This document shows positions 25,315-35,923 of a stretch of 64,000 nucleotides of DNA, in pieces. The translations under genes were made by a program, and so were the position numbers. This stretch comes from a virus (lineage: Duplodnaviria; Caudoviricetes). Positions within the stretch are counted from its first letter, which is position 1; every line of letters begins with the position of its first letter. The notes under the pieces are model-generated. The model made no database searches and had not been told where the DNA came from. It worked only from the letters and a program-made list of their open reading frames with translations. The DNA is taken from IMG/VR virus record IMGVR_UViG_3300020411_000002. One strand, 5' to 3'.

Positions 25315-25905
25315 ATGGCACTAACTATCGCTAACGTTAAAAAAATCTCTGCTTCTATCGCTGCTGCTGTTGCTTCTGTTGAAGAAGAGTTTGGTATCAC
25401 TATCGACCTTGGTACGCCGTCTGGTCGTGGTAACGAAAAAGAAGTTGTTATGACTATCGCTGAATCAGAAGAAGCTCCAAAGAAAACTTCGGGCAAAACT
25501 GGCGGCAAGTCTGGTGGCAAGAAAACAACTACTACCAAGCAACAAGCAACAAGTGAAGAAGATCGTCTTGTTGAACTTGGATTGATTCCAAACTTGATTG
25601 GCAAAGTTGTTACTTTGACCTCTCAGAAAACAGGCGACAAGCAAAAAGCGAAAATCGTTTCAACTAGTCGCTCTGCTCGTATGCCACTTAAAGCGATTCT
25701 TAAAGAGTCAGGCAAAGAGGTGAGCTTGCCGCTAAATGTTCTACCAAAAGCTGCTTTCTCAAAAGCTGCTCCAAAAGCTGCTCCAAAGTCAACTGGTAAA
25801 GCTGGTAGCAAAACTCCGGCGAATGGTGGTGCTAAAGCTCCACGTCGCGGTGGCAAGGTAACTCCAAAGGGTAAAGTTGCTCGTCGCAACTCTGCTAGCA
25901 AGTAA
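25315..25905 (+). CDS. Lys/Ala-rich histone-like protein with central small beta-barrel-like domain (start moved from 25132)
   Basis: GAGG RBS before ATG 25315; KAAPKAAPK tail. Confidence 0.7.
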   Translation: MALTIANVKKISASIAAAVASVEEEFGITIDLGTPSGRGNEKEVVMTIAESEEAPKKTSGKTGGKSGGKKTTTTKQQATSEEDRLVELGLIPNLIGKVVTLTSQKTGDKQKAKIVSTSRSARMPLKAILKESGKEVSLPLNVLPKAAFSKAAPKAAPKSTGKAGSKTPANGGAKAPRRGGKVTPKGKVARRNSASK

Positions 25906-26010
25906 TTAGCTACTCTCTTTGTTATGGGGGCAACTCGCCCCCTACATTTTCAAAAGCATTAACTTAGTGCTTTTCAGAATGTACTTAACACAACTCAGGA
26001 AATTTTTATT

Positions 26011-26364
26011 ATGACTAGCGGTCAATCTGTTACTTTCGTTCCAAGCTCTAACAAACAAACTCACTCAGTTGAAGTTGATCTTCTAATCGCTTTAAGTTCA
26101 TCAGGCGAAATTCTTGATCAGTCTGCTATCGATATTGATGCAGATGAATATAACACGACAACTATTCTTGCGGCGTATGATCTGTCTGTTGAAGTTCTAG
26201 AAGTGAACGGGCCAGCGGGTGGCAATCCATTTGTTCGCGTGTACGGCACCAAGAAAAATCTAAAGCGTTGGTTAATCAATTGCATGTGTTCTGACCTTTA
26301 CGGCGAAACTGATAATGAAATTCTCGAAAACAACTGCTTTGAGATTCAAAAAGTTAAAAGATAA
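26011..26364 (+). CDS. Hypothetical protein
   Basis: 117 aa with RBS AGGA. Confidence 0.7.
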   Translation: MTSGQSVTFVPSSNKQTHSVEVDLLIALSSSGEILDQSAIDIDADEYNTTTILAAYDLSVEVLEVNGPAGGNPFVRVYGTKKNLKRWLINCMCSDLYGETDNEILENNCFEIQKVKR

Positions 26365-26413
26365 TTCGCCGTATCTAATTCACCTTTACTTTCATTATTT
26401 GGGAAACCTATTT

Positions 26414-27070
26414 ATGTCACGTATCAGTCAAAAGCTAACTAAGCATTTAATCACTCTTCAAAACGAACGTATTCCGTTTTTGGTAGACGTTATTCTTCGC
26501 AAGTCTATCGATGCCAAAGGCCTGCCTAGACACTTCGAAAAGTCGGCAGATTTTTACAAAGGTCTACTGGCTGCCGCGTATGCTGAAATGGAAACATTCC
26601 TTTCAATGCATAACTTGTACAACGGGTATCGCTCTGCTACTGTTCGTGATGTTGAGATTCGCCTGTACACTCTTTCTTTTTCTTCGAATTTTGATCGCAA
26701 ATCTTTGGCGGAAATAAAAAGCTTGTGTTTGTATAAATATGTTTCTGCCGTAACTATCAAAGCTCAAAATGCTGGTATTGAATACAAACCTGAAGCAGGG
26801 GTAGATTACACTATCGACCAAATTGAAAATGTTGTGTCTACTACGGACAGACCGTACATTCGCGTTAAAAATAAGCACGGCGAATACGTCTATCTCAACA
26901 CAAAAACTAAAATTGTAAATTGTGCGATACTAGCAGGCGCGTACTTTAGCTTTGTTTGCTACACACCTGATAACGTTGCTGTTTACGATTTTGTTAACGC
27001 CTATAAATTTCAAAATCTAATTGTGCCTGGAAATGAGCAAGAAGACTTTTTCAAGCTAGTCCACTCTTAA
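26414..27070 (+). CDS. Hypothetical protein (start moved from 26315)
   Basis: ATG after GGGA avoids overlap with the upstream gene. Confidence 0.65.
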   Translation: MSRISQKLTKHLITLQNERIPFLVDVILRKSIDAKGLPRHFEKSADFYKGLLAAAYAEMETFLSMHNLYNGYRSATVRDVEIRLYTLSFSSNFDRKSLAEIKSLCLYKYVSAVTIKAQNAGIEYKPEAGVDYTIDQIENVVSTTDRPYIRVKNKHGEYVYLNTKTKIVNCAILAGAYFSFVCYTPDNVAVYDFVNAYKFQNLIVPGNEQEDFFKLVHS

Positions 27071-27123
27071 ACTAACGCGGCAGATTATGCCGCTTCTCTA
27101 AGTCCATTACGAGGAAACTATTT

Positions 27124-27561
27124 ATGGCGACTGTAAAACAAGCAAAAGCTAAACTTACCCGTTCTTCTAAAGATATTGATTCAATCAAGTCTCGCATTGC
27201 AGACCTTCAAAAAGAACTTGAAGAGCTAGGTGATAAACTAGAAGAAGCTGAATGGAAAAGACAGCAAGCGTATAAAAATCTTAAAGCTGTTCGCGCCGAG
27301 CAAGATCCAGAAGGAATAACTTTTGAAGTTCGCGGCACTAAGTCAGATGCATGCCGAATTGAATTCATGTCTGTTTCGTTTGAAACTTTTAGCGCTGCCT
27401 GTCGTGCAATCAATAAAAAAGAATTGCCGAGTAACATGAGTCCAAAAGAACTCTTAAAAATTCCAAACTCACCTAAAGCTGGACGCAAACAAAGTCTTGC
27501 ATCCTTTGAGAAAGGAGATTGGAGATTTTCGAGAATTGCAAGCAATTTCCTTAAAAAGTAA
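27124..27561 (+). CDS. Hypothetical protein with N-terminal coiled coil
   Basis: 145 aa with RBS GAGG. Confidence 0.7.
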   Translation: MATVKQAKAKLTRSSKDIDSIKSRIADLQKELEELGDKLEEAEWKRQQAYKNLKAVRAEQDPEGITFEVRGTKSDACRIEFMSVSFETFSAACRAINKKELPSNMSPKELLKIPNSPKAGRKQSLASFEKGDWRFSRIASNFLKK

Positions 27562-27598
27562 AAAGCGCGTTTCAAAATCTGCCTAAAAGGAAGCTATA

Positions 27599-28195
27599 AT
27601 GAAAATCATTCCAGAGTTCCATACTGATTGTTCAAACATGCCGTTTGTCAAGGTTATATCTAGCCTAACAGAAGAAGAAATTCAAGCTATAGATAGAGGG
27701 CGCATTTATCAGCACTTTAACATGGAGGGGCACAACCTGCTTTACAGTGATGTTTTAGGAATTGTCAAGTTCGGCATTTACTCATACACAGGTGGTACGG
27801 GCACTGATATGTTCCAAACTACTTGTGATGAAACTTTACGTGTTCGAATAGACGGTGAGATCTTAGCTATCAAATACAACCGCTATTCTAGTTCCAGACC
27901 TGACGTTGTTAACTTTGCGTATGACCTAGACTTTAGTGACAAATATATTTCTTTGTGTCGTGTGTATGTTACAAGTAAAAATGGAGGTTTGATCGAAGTT
28001 GGCTATTGTAGTGAAGCACTACTAAAGCAAGCTGTACAAGATTCACCTGTTGCTATTTTGAGGTGCCGTGATCGAGTTGGACGTATTCAGTTTTTGCCGA
28101 GCTTAGACAAAGAGCGCTTGAAATTCAGCGATGACTTAGACTGCTGGAAAACAAAAGAAGCTGAGTCTGAGTATACCGTATTAGAAGCCCTATAA
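27599..28195 (+). CDS. Hypothetical protein
   Basis: 198 aa with RBS AAGGA. Confidence 0.7.
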   Translation: MKIIPEFHTDCSNMPFVKVISSLTEEEIQAIDRGRIYQHFNMEGHNLLYSDVLGIVKFGIYSYTGGTGTDMFQTTCDETLRVRIDGEILAIKYNRYSSSRPDVVNFAYDLDFSDKYISLCRVYVTSKNGGLIEVGYCSEALLKQAVQDSPVAILRCRDRVGRIQFLPSLDKERLKFSDDLDCWKTKEAESEYTVLEAL

Positions 28196-28203
28196 CCGAG
28201 GTA

Positions 28204-28575
28204 TTGAACATGTTAAGTAAAATAAAATTCAACAAGCTTTTTCCAGGCTTAGACCAAGATCATTTTCCGTCTGACCAGATTCCTGATCTTCTTTCTGCTT
28301 TTGTAGAGAAGAATAAGAATCTTCCAATATCGTATGACGAGTTTTGGGGCGAACCTGTTATATCAATCGATGGATCAGTTGATCGCACGTTGGTAGTTCG
28401 CGGTGACTATTGCTACAAAAAAGAATGTTTCATATATCAAGGTGTAAGCGTTCTATACGCACCGAGAGAAGTCCTGATAACCGAATACTGCGCAAGCATT
28501 GAAGAAGCTTTTGAAAAGCTGTCTGAGATAGTTGCGAATGACGGTGGCTCTTCGGAAGAAGACATTTACGAGTAA
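28204..28575 (+). CDS. Hypothetical protein
   Basis: 123 aa ORF. Confidence 0.65.
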   Translation: MNMLSKIKFNKLFPGLDQDHFPSDQIPDLLSAFVEKNKNLPISYDEFWGEPVISIDGSVDRTLVVRGDYCYKKECFIYQGVSVLYAPREVLITEYCASIEEAFEKLSEIVANDGGSSEEDIYE

Positions 28576-28637
28576 GTTTTTTCTGAGGGTGGCAACTGCC
28601 GCCCTTTCTTTTAGGCAATTTATCTGAGGAGATTACT

Positions 28638-28997
28638 ATGCCTGCTGCAATTGAAGTTCAACACAAGAAATGGAATGATGTAACTGTATTACTTGACACG
28701 GGTGAATTTTCTTTCATCAGTGGCTACTATATGGGTTCTAAAACTTTGAATATTGCAATGCGCTGGAATGGAGAAGGCGACGACCCTGGCTATCCAAAGC
28801 TGTTCGGCAATCCAGTTTGGTTTAACTTACCTAAGTCTATGAACTTTTTCATATTACGTATGTTGAGTAGCTATGTGGAACTAAACACGCCTGAAAATCT
28901 AGGGTATAAAAACGTTCCTATGCTCAAATCAGACTACGATATGTATACGCTACGTATTAAAGAAGCTATTTTAACTACCTTAAATCAGGGAGATTAA
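28638..28997 (+). CDS. Hypothetical protein
   Basis: 119 aa with RBS GAGGAG. Confidence 0.7.
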   Translation: MPAAIEVQHKKWNDVTVLLDTGEFSFISGYYMGSKTLNIAMRWNGEGDDPGYPKLFGNPVWFNLPKSMNFFILRMLSSYVELNTPENLGYKNVPMLKSDYDMYTLRIKEAILTTLNQGD

Positions 28998-28998
28998 T

Positions 28999-29775
28999 AT
29001 GTGCAAGTGTACATTCAATGTGGCCTGGAAAGGCAAATGTGGTAAATCTGTTGTGTCTGATAATGATAGATGTAAAGAACATGCGTCAGTTAAATGTGGC
29101 GTATGTGGAAAGAAGGCATCTTATGGATGTGCGCAAACGTCAGGTCTGGTTTGCGGCTATCCTCTCTGTGATGATGAAGACTGTATGATTGAACATAGAT
29201 ATTCAATGCATTATTCGAGCGGTGCTTTTTCATCTTTGATTATTCCTATGGTCGTTGCCGATATGTCAATGCTCTACTCTAGTCTGGACGATACAAGCAA
29301 GATGGAGCTTGTATACAAATCGCTACAGAAAGGTTTAGACCGAGAGCTTGCTTTTTATTCTGAACATCTTCCTGTTCATTTTGAAAACCGACAATCTCAA
29401 TATAGGCAGTATCAGGCGTTTATTGACTTGATTAAATTATGCATAGAACACAAGGTTTTTCTACCTGACTTAAAACGCTATGAATATTATCTTAATGATG
29501 TTACTTTTGAAGGGCACACCTCAAAAATGTTTGTCGTTTGCGATACGCTAAAGTCTACTGCTTCGGTTTTATTTATGAGACCCGAACTAGCAAACGAGTA
29601 CCGTAATTTGCCTAGCGTTACTTTCGATACTTTAAGTTATGTTGGAAGTTTATGCTTTGAACAGTTTATAGAGGGAATGCCTTTCGAAGAAGCTTTTCCT
29701 ACAAGTTTGCAAGACTACAAACACCTACTCACTTACGGCACTTACGAAAACGAAATTAAGGAACAAAAATGCTAA
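28999..29775 (+). CDS. Hypothetical protein with N-terminal Cys/His zinc-binding domain
   Basis: About 9 Cys plus His residues in the first 70 aa. Confidence 0.7.
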   Translation: MCKCTFNVAWKGKCGKSVVSDNDRCKEHASVKCGVCGKKASYGCAQTSGLVCGYPLCDDEDCMIEHRYSMHYSSGAFSSLIIPMVVADMSMLYSSLDDTSKMELVYKSLQKGLDRELAFYSEHLPVHFENRQSQYRQYQAFIDLIKLCIEHKVFLPDLKRYEYYLNDVTFEGHTSKMFVVCDTLKSTASVLFMRPELANEYRNLPSVTFDTLSYVGSLCFEQFIEGMPFEEAFPTSLQDYKHLLTYGTYENEIKEQKC

Positions 29776-30080
29776 ATGTTGGATACACATATACACTCGC
29801 CAAAATTTACCAAGAAGACCTTACGGATATACCTAGTCTGTCTGTTATAGTCAATGGTGAAGACTGTCCGATACAGCAAAGTCACATGACTGTAAAAGAC
29901 TTTCTTGATAACCCAGATTGGGCGCAAAGTGAATGGGTATATCTTCTTACTACCAATGAAGAGATTCCTTGCTTTGTAGCACTGAACAGTGACAGAGTTT
30001 TAAATCTTGTAGATGTGTCTGAGTCTATTTACGGTGGTTACTGGGTTGTACCTAAATCGCATCCACGCGAAGAGTACTAA
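29769..30080 (+). CDS. Hypothetical protein
   Basis: 103 aa ORF. Confidence 0.65.
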   Translation: MLNVGYTYTLAKIYQEDLTDIPSLSVIVNGEDCPIQQSHMTVKDFLDNPDWAQSEWVYLLTTNEEIPCFVALNSDRVLNLVDVSESIYGGYWVVPKSHPREEY

Positions 30081-30089
30081 AATATAGCA

Positions 30090-30131
30090 GGACAAAATAC
30101 GTACAAAGTGCAAATGTAAATGTGTTATAAT
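30090..30131 (+). promoter_or_regulatory. GGACAAAA-N28-TATAAT promoter
   Basis: GGACAAAA 30090-30097; TGTTATAAT. Confidence 0.65.
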
Positions 30132-30193
30132 GTACGTGAGTTAATTATAAGAGTCGAGTATTTCGCTTGACTCTATTTATTGGAGAAATAAAA

Positions 30194-30541
30194 ATGGCAG
30201 GTCTATTAAACTCAACTATCAAGTCTACTGTTCTAGAAGATTTGATCGCGGTGGCAAAAGAAAACTCTTTATATCTGAAAATGGCAGTTTCAAATTTAAG
30301 AGCAGTTGCCAAACAAGACCCAGCTAAAGCCCAGTCTTTAGATGCAGATGTAATGAATCTAAAAGAAACCTTTGATACCCAATTGGATTCAATGTTTCAA
30401 ACTAAAGCGTATGTGTTGGTACTTAACAACGTTACAGTAGATCACTACGTAGAAAAATCAGAGTTTTTTGACAAGCAGGTGGAGATATTTAAGGGTCACA
30501 TTCAAAACCTTTACAATCGCATCATGCAAGAACTAGCTTAA
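30194..30541 (+). CDS. Hypothetical protein (start moved from 30167)
   Basis: GGAG RBS before ATG 30194. Confidence 0.7.
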   Translation: MAGLLNSTIKSTVLEDLIAVAKENSLYLKMAVSNLRAVAKQDPAKAQSLDADVMNLKETFDTQLDSMFQTKAYVLVLNNVTVDHYVEKSEFFDKQVEIFKGHIQNLYNRIMQELA

Positions 30542-30555
30542 TCAGGGGAATACAA

Positions 30556-33500
30556 ATGGATACAATTAAAAAATTACGCCGCACTTTAACAGGCACTACA
30601 GTTACAGAGTGGGCAGTTTTAGCAAGTGGTAACATTGACATTTACAGCACTATCGACCAATACACTACGCAAGGGAACAGACACCCTGTTCTTCTTAGGT
30701 CTGTAAAGCAAGAAGTTCAAAGCGGTACAGTTAACTTAGATGACGCAAACCGTAATGTTCTTGCGTTTAACATTTACTTAGACCCGAACTTTGTAACGTT
30801 TCTGAACGATCTAGGTGAAGAGTTCTTTAAGAGCTTTGTACTAAAGATGGAAGATTCTTTGAAGGCATTGCCTGCAATGTTTGCAAAGTTTTGTACTTGT
30901 AAGATTTATACTACAGTGTACGAAGAAGACCAACCTATCGATACTGATAAAGCATTTACTATTGAATTCGATGTAGGTGAAGACGGCGACTTTGATAAAC
31001 TAACTTCAATCTTTGGTGACTTCAATCTGTTGCGCTCTACGCGTATGCAAGATTCAGATGTTCAGCCTTACTCGACCACGTTTATGTCTTACTTCTTGGT
31101 GCTTTTCGAAAAAGAGTCTTGGGTGACTTTAGCCATGAAGAAAAACATTGAAGACAACTTTTTATCTAAGCGCTTCTGGTCTGCTGTTGTAGAAATGTAT
31201 TCTGGCGATTTGCGAGTACACGACTACAGAGAAGGTTTTACTATTAAAGACTACATGGGCAGAATCCTATCTAATGCTTTAACTATGATTGGTACTTTCT
31301 TCTATGTTAGTGCATCAGGTATACGTGAAGGTCTTAGACTGGAAGACTTAGAAAAGTTGCCGTCTATAAAGAGCGAATTCAAAGATATAAACGAAGAATC
31401 ATACGCGCCCACTGATGTGTTTAAAGAGCGCCATGCGTTTTGTCTAGAACTAATTGCGTACTTCCGCAAACATCTTAATGACCAAGAATGGTCTTTATTG
31501 AAATGTATATTTACTACACCGAATCTTGCCGAGTCTTTCATACAGAATGCGCGTGAGTTAGAGTTTATTGAAGCGCTTGAGTACGGCAGTATAGAGTACA
31601 ACGACCTGTACAAAGGTTTTCTTTCTTCTCTTGGGGATGACGCTGAGCCATTTGATAAAGCCTTTGATAAGACTCAAGCTCCCGAAACCGAACAACGCAC
31701 TCTTACACTTGAAGACGAAGACGAGATTCTTGTTCCGGTGAAAGAAGACTTAGAAGCGGCAGCGCTTGTTACAAAGCTGGAAGAGTTGAAACATCCTGAC
31801 TTGACGGATCGATTGATTGGAAAAATGACTTTTACCGAAATGCAAGAAGCTTATGAGAAGTACAAAGACTACGTTCCAAGCAAAGACCTTAAAGCTGTTT
31901 GTACTGACTTGCGAACTAAGCTTAAAGAAAATCCTCCTAAAGCAGGGTACAGCAAGTCAGTGCTAGAAACTCTAGCGCAAGATAGAATTTTAGGTCTTGC
32001 AGTGAACTACATTCCAAACTATGTTCCAAGTGAAATACTTCCAGACCTAACTAGCCCTGATGTGACTGGAATATTTAGCTCTTCTATAAAAGAGTTGTTC
32101 GAAGTAGCAGTATCTATGGGTATAACATCTTCTCTTGCACTGGATTCAAAAGCGGCGCAAATTGCTTTTATATGTGACTACGCCGAAGAGCATGAAGAGT
32201 TTGATTTAATAATTAAGCCTATGCTGTCACCTACGTATCTTACTAACAGTTATGCAAAAGTTAGATTTGACAACATATCAAGCACTTTGGTTTCTTTGTG
32301 TTCTGGTTATCTACCTATAAACCCAGACGCTGAGCGATATGATAGTATTCCACAAAGTAAAAAGCCGGGCTACTTAATAGGCTTTATAGTACAGCTTTAC
32401 TTACTGCGTATCTTGTTAAAGACTTTATTTAAAGAAGTTGAAGCTACATCAGGTCTATCCTTAGATGACTTTACGCTTAATGAACTTCATAAACTACTAT
32501 TTTGTATAGTAACTACGTTCAAAATATACAAAGGCGACCCTGATGACTTAGTGTGGACTTACGGTACTATGCTAGACAAGACACTTGAACATTTTTCAGT
32601 AGACGTGCCTTCGCAAATTGATGATGCTGCATTGCGATCTTTTTTGAAAGAGTCAGAATACTACTCGATTGAAGACATGGAGCAGGTGTTTGCTGATGAA
32701 GTATTTGAGCCTGATCTTGATTGTGTTATATATTACTTTAAGAGCAGACCTGATTGTGATTTTCACGGCTACTTGGATAAAGTTATTCCTAAGTGGACTG
32801 ACGAGAACCCACCGACTGACGAACAATATGCAGAGTTAGGCGGAATTACGGTGGTTCTTGATAATGAAGAGGCGTTTGAGGATTTAGATATGAACTTAGA
32901 GCGTGAAAGACTAATCACCTCTATATGCTATACGTTTGATTATATTCCTATTGCTGCTGTTAAGCATTTAGGGTTCACCCCTTTAAGAGAACTTTATCAC
33001 TATTCTACATCGGGGATGCGTACTTTAGATTTGGATTACATTCTAGTTTCAAGGCTTGAGTCTATTGGATATGAAAAAAATTATTTAATGGAAATGTCTC
33101 AACAGGAGCTTATAGAACTGTACATTGAGTATCTTAATAGTGAGGGTTCAGAAGTTCTTCCGAAAGACTTTAATATTAAGAAAGTTCGAAAGTTCATTCG
33201 CAAAAACTCGTTCATTGAAAAAGAGATTTTAGACAGACTAGAACCTCTTCCAATCTATGCTATGTTCGATACTTTGCAGAGTATTAAAAAGCTAGCGAAT
33301 AAGATCGCGAAGAAACCTAGAACCCAAAGCAAAGTTGTAGATAAGATTTTGGATTACTACGAGAAGAATATACAATCCGTTGACTCCTCAATATGTTCTT
33401 ACTTGATGCATTTGATGGTTGTTAAAAGTCGTCAAATGTCGGTTAATATAGATCAAGCTAACTTTGATAAGTGCAATGAAGTGAGCTTTGAAGATTTACA

Positions 33501-33873
33501 AAAACCGATAGAAGCTCTAAGTATAGATTATTGTACTACTTGGGTTCAGCCTGACGAGTTTGTTGATTTTGTTTTGGATATGCTGGATAGAATGGGTTAT
33601 GACTCTTTACCTAACGAAGATGAAGAAGCCGACGACGATGACGAACTTCTTACTTTCAGTCATGTTTGTGCTAAAGCCGATATTCCTCAGGACAGCTTTG
33701 ATTATAAGACTAATGAAAAGTTAAAGCGAAAGCTTGCAAAGTCTATTAGAAACTACATAGCATTCCTGCGCGATTCGAATCGTTTTATTTCAGATGTGGA
33801 GCTTGCGGAAGCTGACCTTAATAAATTCAGCAATGACGAATTATTAGAGTTCTTTGAGTTTGACCTAAGTTAA
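30556..33873 (+). CDS. Large acidic hypothetical protein (1105 aa)
   Basis: Uninterrupted ORF with RBS GGGG; degenerate helical repeats in the C-terminal two-thirds. Confidence 0.8.
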   Translation: MDTIKKLRRTLTGTTVTEWAVLASGNIDIYSTIDQYTTQGNRHPVLLRSVKQEVQSGTVNLDDANRNVLAFNIYLDPNFVTFLNDLGEEFFKSFVLKMEDSLKALPAMFAKFCTCKIYTTVYEEDQPIDTDKAFTIEFDVGEDGDFDKLTSIFGDFNLLRSTRMQDSDVQPYSTTFMSYFLVLFEKESWVTLAMKKNIEDNFLSKRFWSAVVEMYSGDLRVHDYREGFTIKDYMGRILSNALTMIGTFFYVSASGIREGLRLEDLEKLPSIKSEFKDINEESYAPTDVFKERHAFCLELIAYFRKHLNDQEWSLLKCIFTTPNLAESFIQNARELEFIEALEYGSIEYNDLYKGFLSSLGDDAEPFDKAFDKTQAPETEQRTLTLEDEDEILVPVKEDLEAAALVTKLEELKHPDLTDRLIGKMTFTEMQEAYEKYKDYVPSKDLKAVCTDLRTKLKENPPKAGYSKSVLETLAQDRILGLAVNYIPNYVPSEILPDLTSPDVTGIFSSSIKELFEVAVSMGITSSLALDSKAAQIAFICDYAEEHEEFDLIIKPMLSPTYLTNSYAKVRFDNISSTLVSLCSGYLPINPDAERYDSIPQSKKPGYLIGFIVQLYLLRILLKTLFKEVEATSGLSLDDFTLNELHKLLFCIVTTFKIYKGDPDDLVWTYGTMLDKTLEHFSVDVPSQIDDAALRSFLKESEYYSIEDMEQVFADEVFEPDLDCVIYYFKSRPDCDFHGYLDKVIPKWTDENPPTDEQYAELGGITVVLDNEEAFEDLDMNLERERLITSICYTFDYIPIAAVKHLGFTPLRELYHYSTSGMRTLDLDYILVSRLESIGYEKNYLMEMSQQELIELYIEYLNSEGSEVLPKDFNIKKVRKFIRKNSFIEKEILDRLEPLPIYAMFDTLQSIKKLANKIAKKPRTQSKVVDKILDYYEKNIQSVDSSICSYLMHLMVVKSRQMSVNIDQANFDKCNEVSFEDLQKPIEALSIDYCTTWVQPDEFVDFVLDMLDRMGYDSLPNEDEEADDDDELLTFSHVCAKADIPQDSFDYKTNEKLKRKLAKSIRNYIAFLRDSNRFISDVELAEADLNKFSNDELLEFFEFDLS

Positions 33874-33970
33874 GTTCCCCCTTGACCTGCTACCGTTTCT
33901 TTTTCGCAAGCTCTTTGTTTGCATCTTTGGTAGCAGGTCTTTTTACTAGATTCTATTATCGGAAATAAAA

Positions 33971-34396
33971 ATGAAAGACTTTGATTTAAAGAAATTAATT
34001 GTAGATAACCTTGACGACCTGCATGAGTCTGTTCGAACTTCTGTTATTACTATGGTTGACGCAAAATGCGACATTGGAAGTATTTTTAAATACGAATCCA
34101 AAGCGTATAGAGTGACCTCTTTTAATGACGGGCACCTTACAGCAACTACTTTGTCAGGTCAGCATACGATAAAATTAAATGAAGAAGAGGCTTTGTCGGT
34201 TTCACCTTCTTTATATCCAGAAAAACTTTATAAGACTCCGCTTTCCTCTGAATTCGTTAGAACTTACAAACAGCTTTTGCAGCATTCAGATAAAATGAAC
34301 AAGCTGGATGCTATGCAAAATAATATAGACATAGGAAAAAAGAGAACGGGTGAAGCTATAGAATACTTGGTTGAAAGAACTCAGGCAATACTTTAA
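33971..34396 (+). CDS. Hypothetical protein
   Basis: 141 aa ORF. Confidence 0.65.
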   Translation: MKDFDLKKLIVDNLDDLHESVRTSVITMVDAKCDIGSIFKYESKAYRVTSFNDGHLTATTLSGQHTIKLNEEEALSVSPSLYPEKLYKTPLSSEFVRTYKQLLQHSDKMNKLDAMQNNIDIGKKRTGEAIEYLVERTQAIL

Positions 34397-34458
34397 TACT
34401 TTTCTCTATTCCATAATAATGTAAACAGAATACATAAGTTATATAGCATGAGAATTGC

Positions 34459-34776
34459 ATGGAGAAAAAACCTGAAGTTAAAGTTCATAAGCAAAAGTCC
34501 GTTTTAAAGTTCCTACGAAGACGCTTTTGGATTTTTTGTATTGAACAAGGTGTATACGAGGTTGGACTCTCTTCTTTAACTTGGTCATGTTCTAAGATAA
34601 GTAAAGTAATCGAGTATGCCACAAAGAGCGAGTACACCAATCTAATAGTATTAGACACAAAGACAGGCAACTATTTATCTGTTGATGAAAATATGAAAGT
34701 GATTCAATTATCTCTTGCCGACATAATACGAAAGAATCAAAAAGAGTTTGAAGTACTTCATAAAAAGTTTAACTAG
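34459..34776 (+). CDS. Hypothetical protein
   Basis: 105 aa ORF. Confidence 0.6.
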   Translation: MEKKPEVKVHKQKSVLKFLRRRFWIFCIEQGVYEVGLSSLTWSCSKISKVIEYATKSEYTNLIVLDTKTGNYLSVDENMKVIQLSLADIIRKNQKEFEVLHKKFN

Positions 34777-34859
34777 TTTTACCCAATACGCACACTACTC
34801 TCGTGTCAGACCTCTCCCAAAGGTTAGCGTATTGGGTTTTTTACTTTGAGGAAGAAAAG

Positions 34860-35549
34860 ATGGTACTGTTAAAACTAAATGAACATGAGACTATCGGTGT
34901 TAAAAATGATTACCAGTTGCGTGAGTGCAGTTTTGCTATAGCAGGTATGAATTCGGTTCACTACGATATACACTATGTACCAGTCGTTAGAGGTACTAAA
35001 GTTGTTAAATCGCGAATCGCCTGTCCAGGTGAAGGGTGCAAGTATTGTGAAGTTCAAAAGCAAGTTAAAAACGAAAAGAAAGGAAAGTCCTTTGAAGAAA
35101 TTGCAAAGCTTTCTTTAGACACACGAGCTGTTACTCATACTTTGAATATGCATCTTGTTCAAGTGTTTCAAGATAACGACACCGAGCAGCCTTTTTACGC
35201 TGTTGCACATGTTCCAGTCTATCTTGCTGTAAGTTTGTTGAAAGAATTAGGTATTGACCGCTCTAGCTCTAAATACTACTTTCCTGCAAATTTAGGTGAA
35301 GAGTTGCGACATAATCTTTTTCATCTTGTTTATGAAGATATTAAGCCTATGCGTAGGTGCAGTCTGGGCTCAGTATCGCGAGACTTTACCGGTGTGGAAA
35401 TGGTTTCTTCCACTTGGTCTGACTCTTATAAAGAGTACGTGAAAAACCGTACTAGTGTCGAAGCAGTTGATATTATATTTGCAGAAGCGCAAGCTAAGTT
35501 AACTGAGCTAGCAGAGAAAGACCCAAAGTATAAAAGGTACATTGCATAA
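34860..35549 (+). CDS. Hypothetical protein with CxxxxCxxC (start moved from 34803)
   Basis: GAGGA RBS before ATG 34860; ACPGEGCKYC. Confidence 0.65.
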   Translation: MVLLKLNEHETIGVKNDYQLRECSFAIAGMNSVHYDIHYVPVVRGTKVVKSRIACPGEGCKYCEVQKQVKNEKKGKSFEEIAKLSLDTRAVTHTLNMHLVQVFQDNDTEQPFYAVAHVPVYLAVSLLKELGIDRSSSKYYFPANLGEELRHNLFHLVYEDIKPMRRCSLGSVSRDFTGVEMVSSTWSDSYKEYVKNRTSVEAVDIIFAEAQAKLTELAEKDPKYKRYIA

Positions 35550-35923
35550 TGGATATGTTTTATAGCTTTATCAATTCGCTTGCAGCTTTTATAGGGTTTG
35601 CCGTTCTATTTCTAGGTAGTGCCTACGTTGCGTACACTTTCTTGATAGAGTTTTTGATTCGTCACATTGTTATATCAATAACGTACTTTGTGTTTGTTGT
35701 TAAGATTGAAAACATTTACGGTAAAGGAACTGCTATACGCCCTGGGTTTATTAAGAAGTATCCAAAGACTTATTATGTTCGTGTATTTTTTATGAGAATG
35801 TTTTCAAAGAACAAACTGCGTAACTACTCTACTACCTTAGATTCCCCTTACGGAACTTTTAGTACGCATACGTTTATACCTAGATTTAAAATAAGAGGAA
35901 AATTCGTAGATGAAAAAGAATGA
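35549..35923 (+). CDS. Membrane protein
   Basis: Hydrophobic N-terminal segments. Confidence 0.65.
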   Translation: MDMFYSFINSLAAFIGFAVLFLGSAYVAYTFLIEFLIRHIVISITYFVFVVKIENIYGKGTAIRPGFIKKYPKTYYVRVFFMRMFSKNKLRNYSTTLDSPYGTFSTHTFIPRFKIRGKFVDEKE

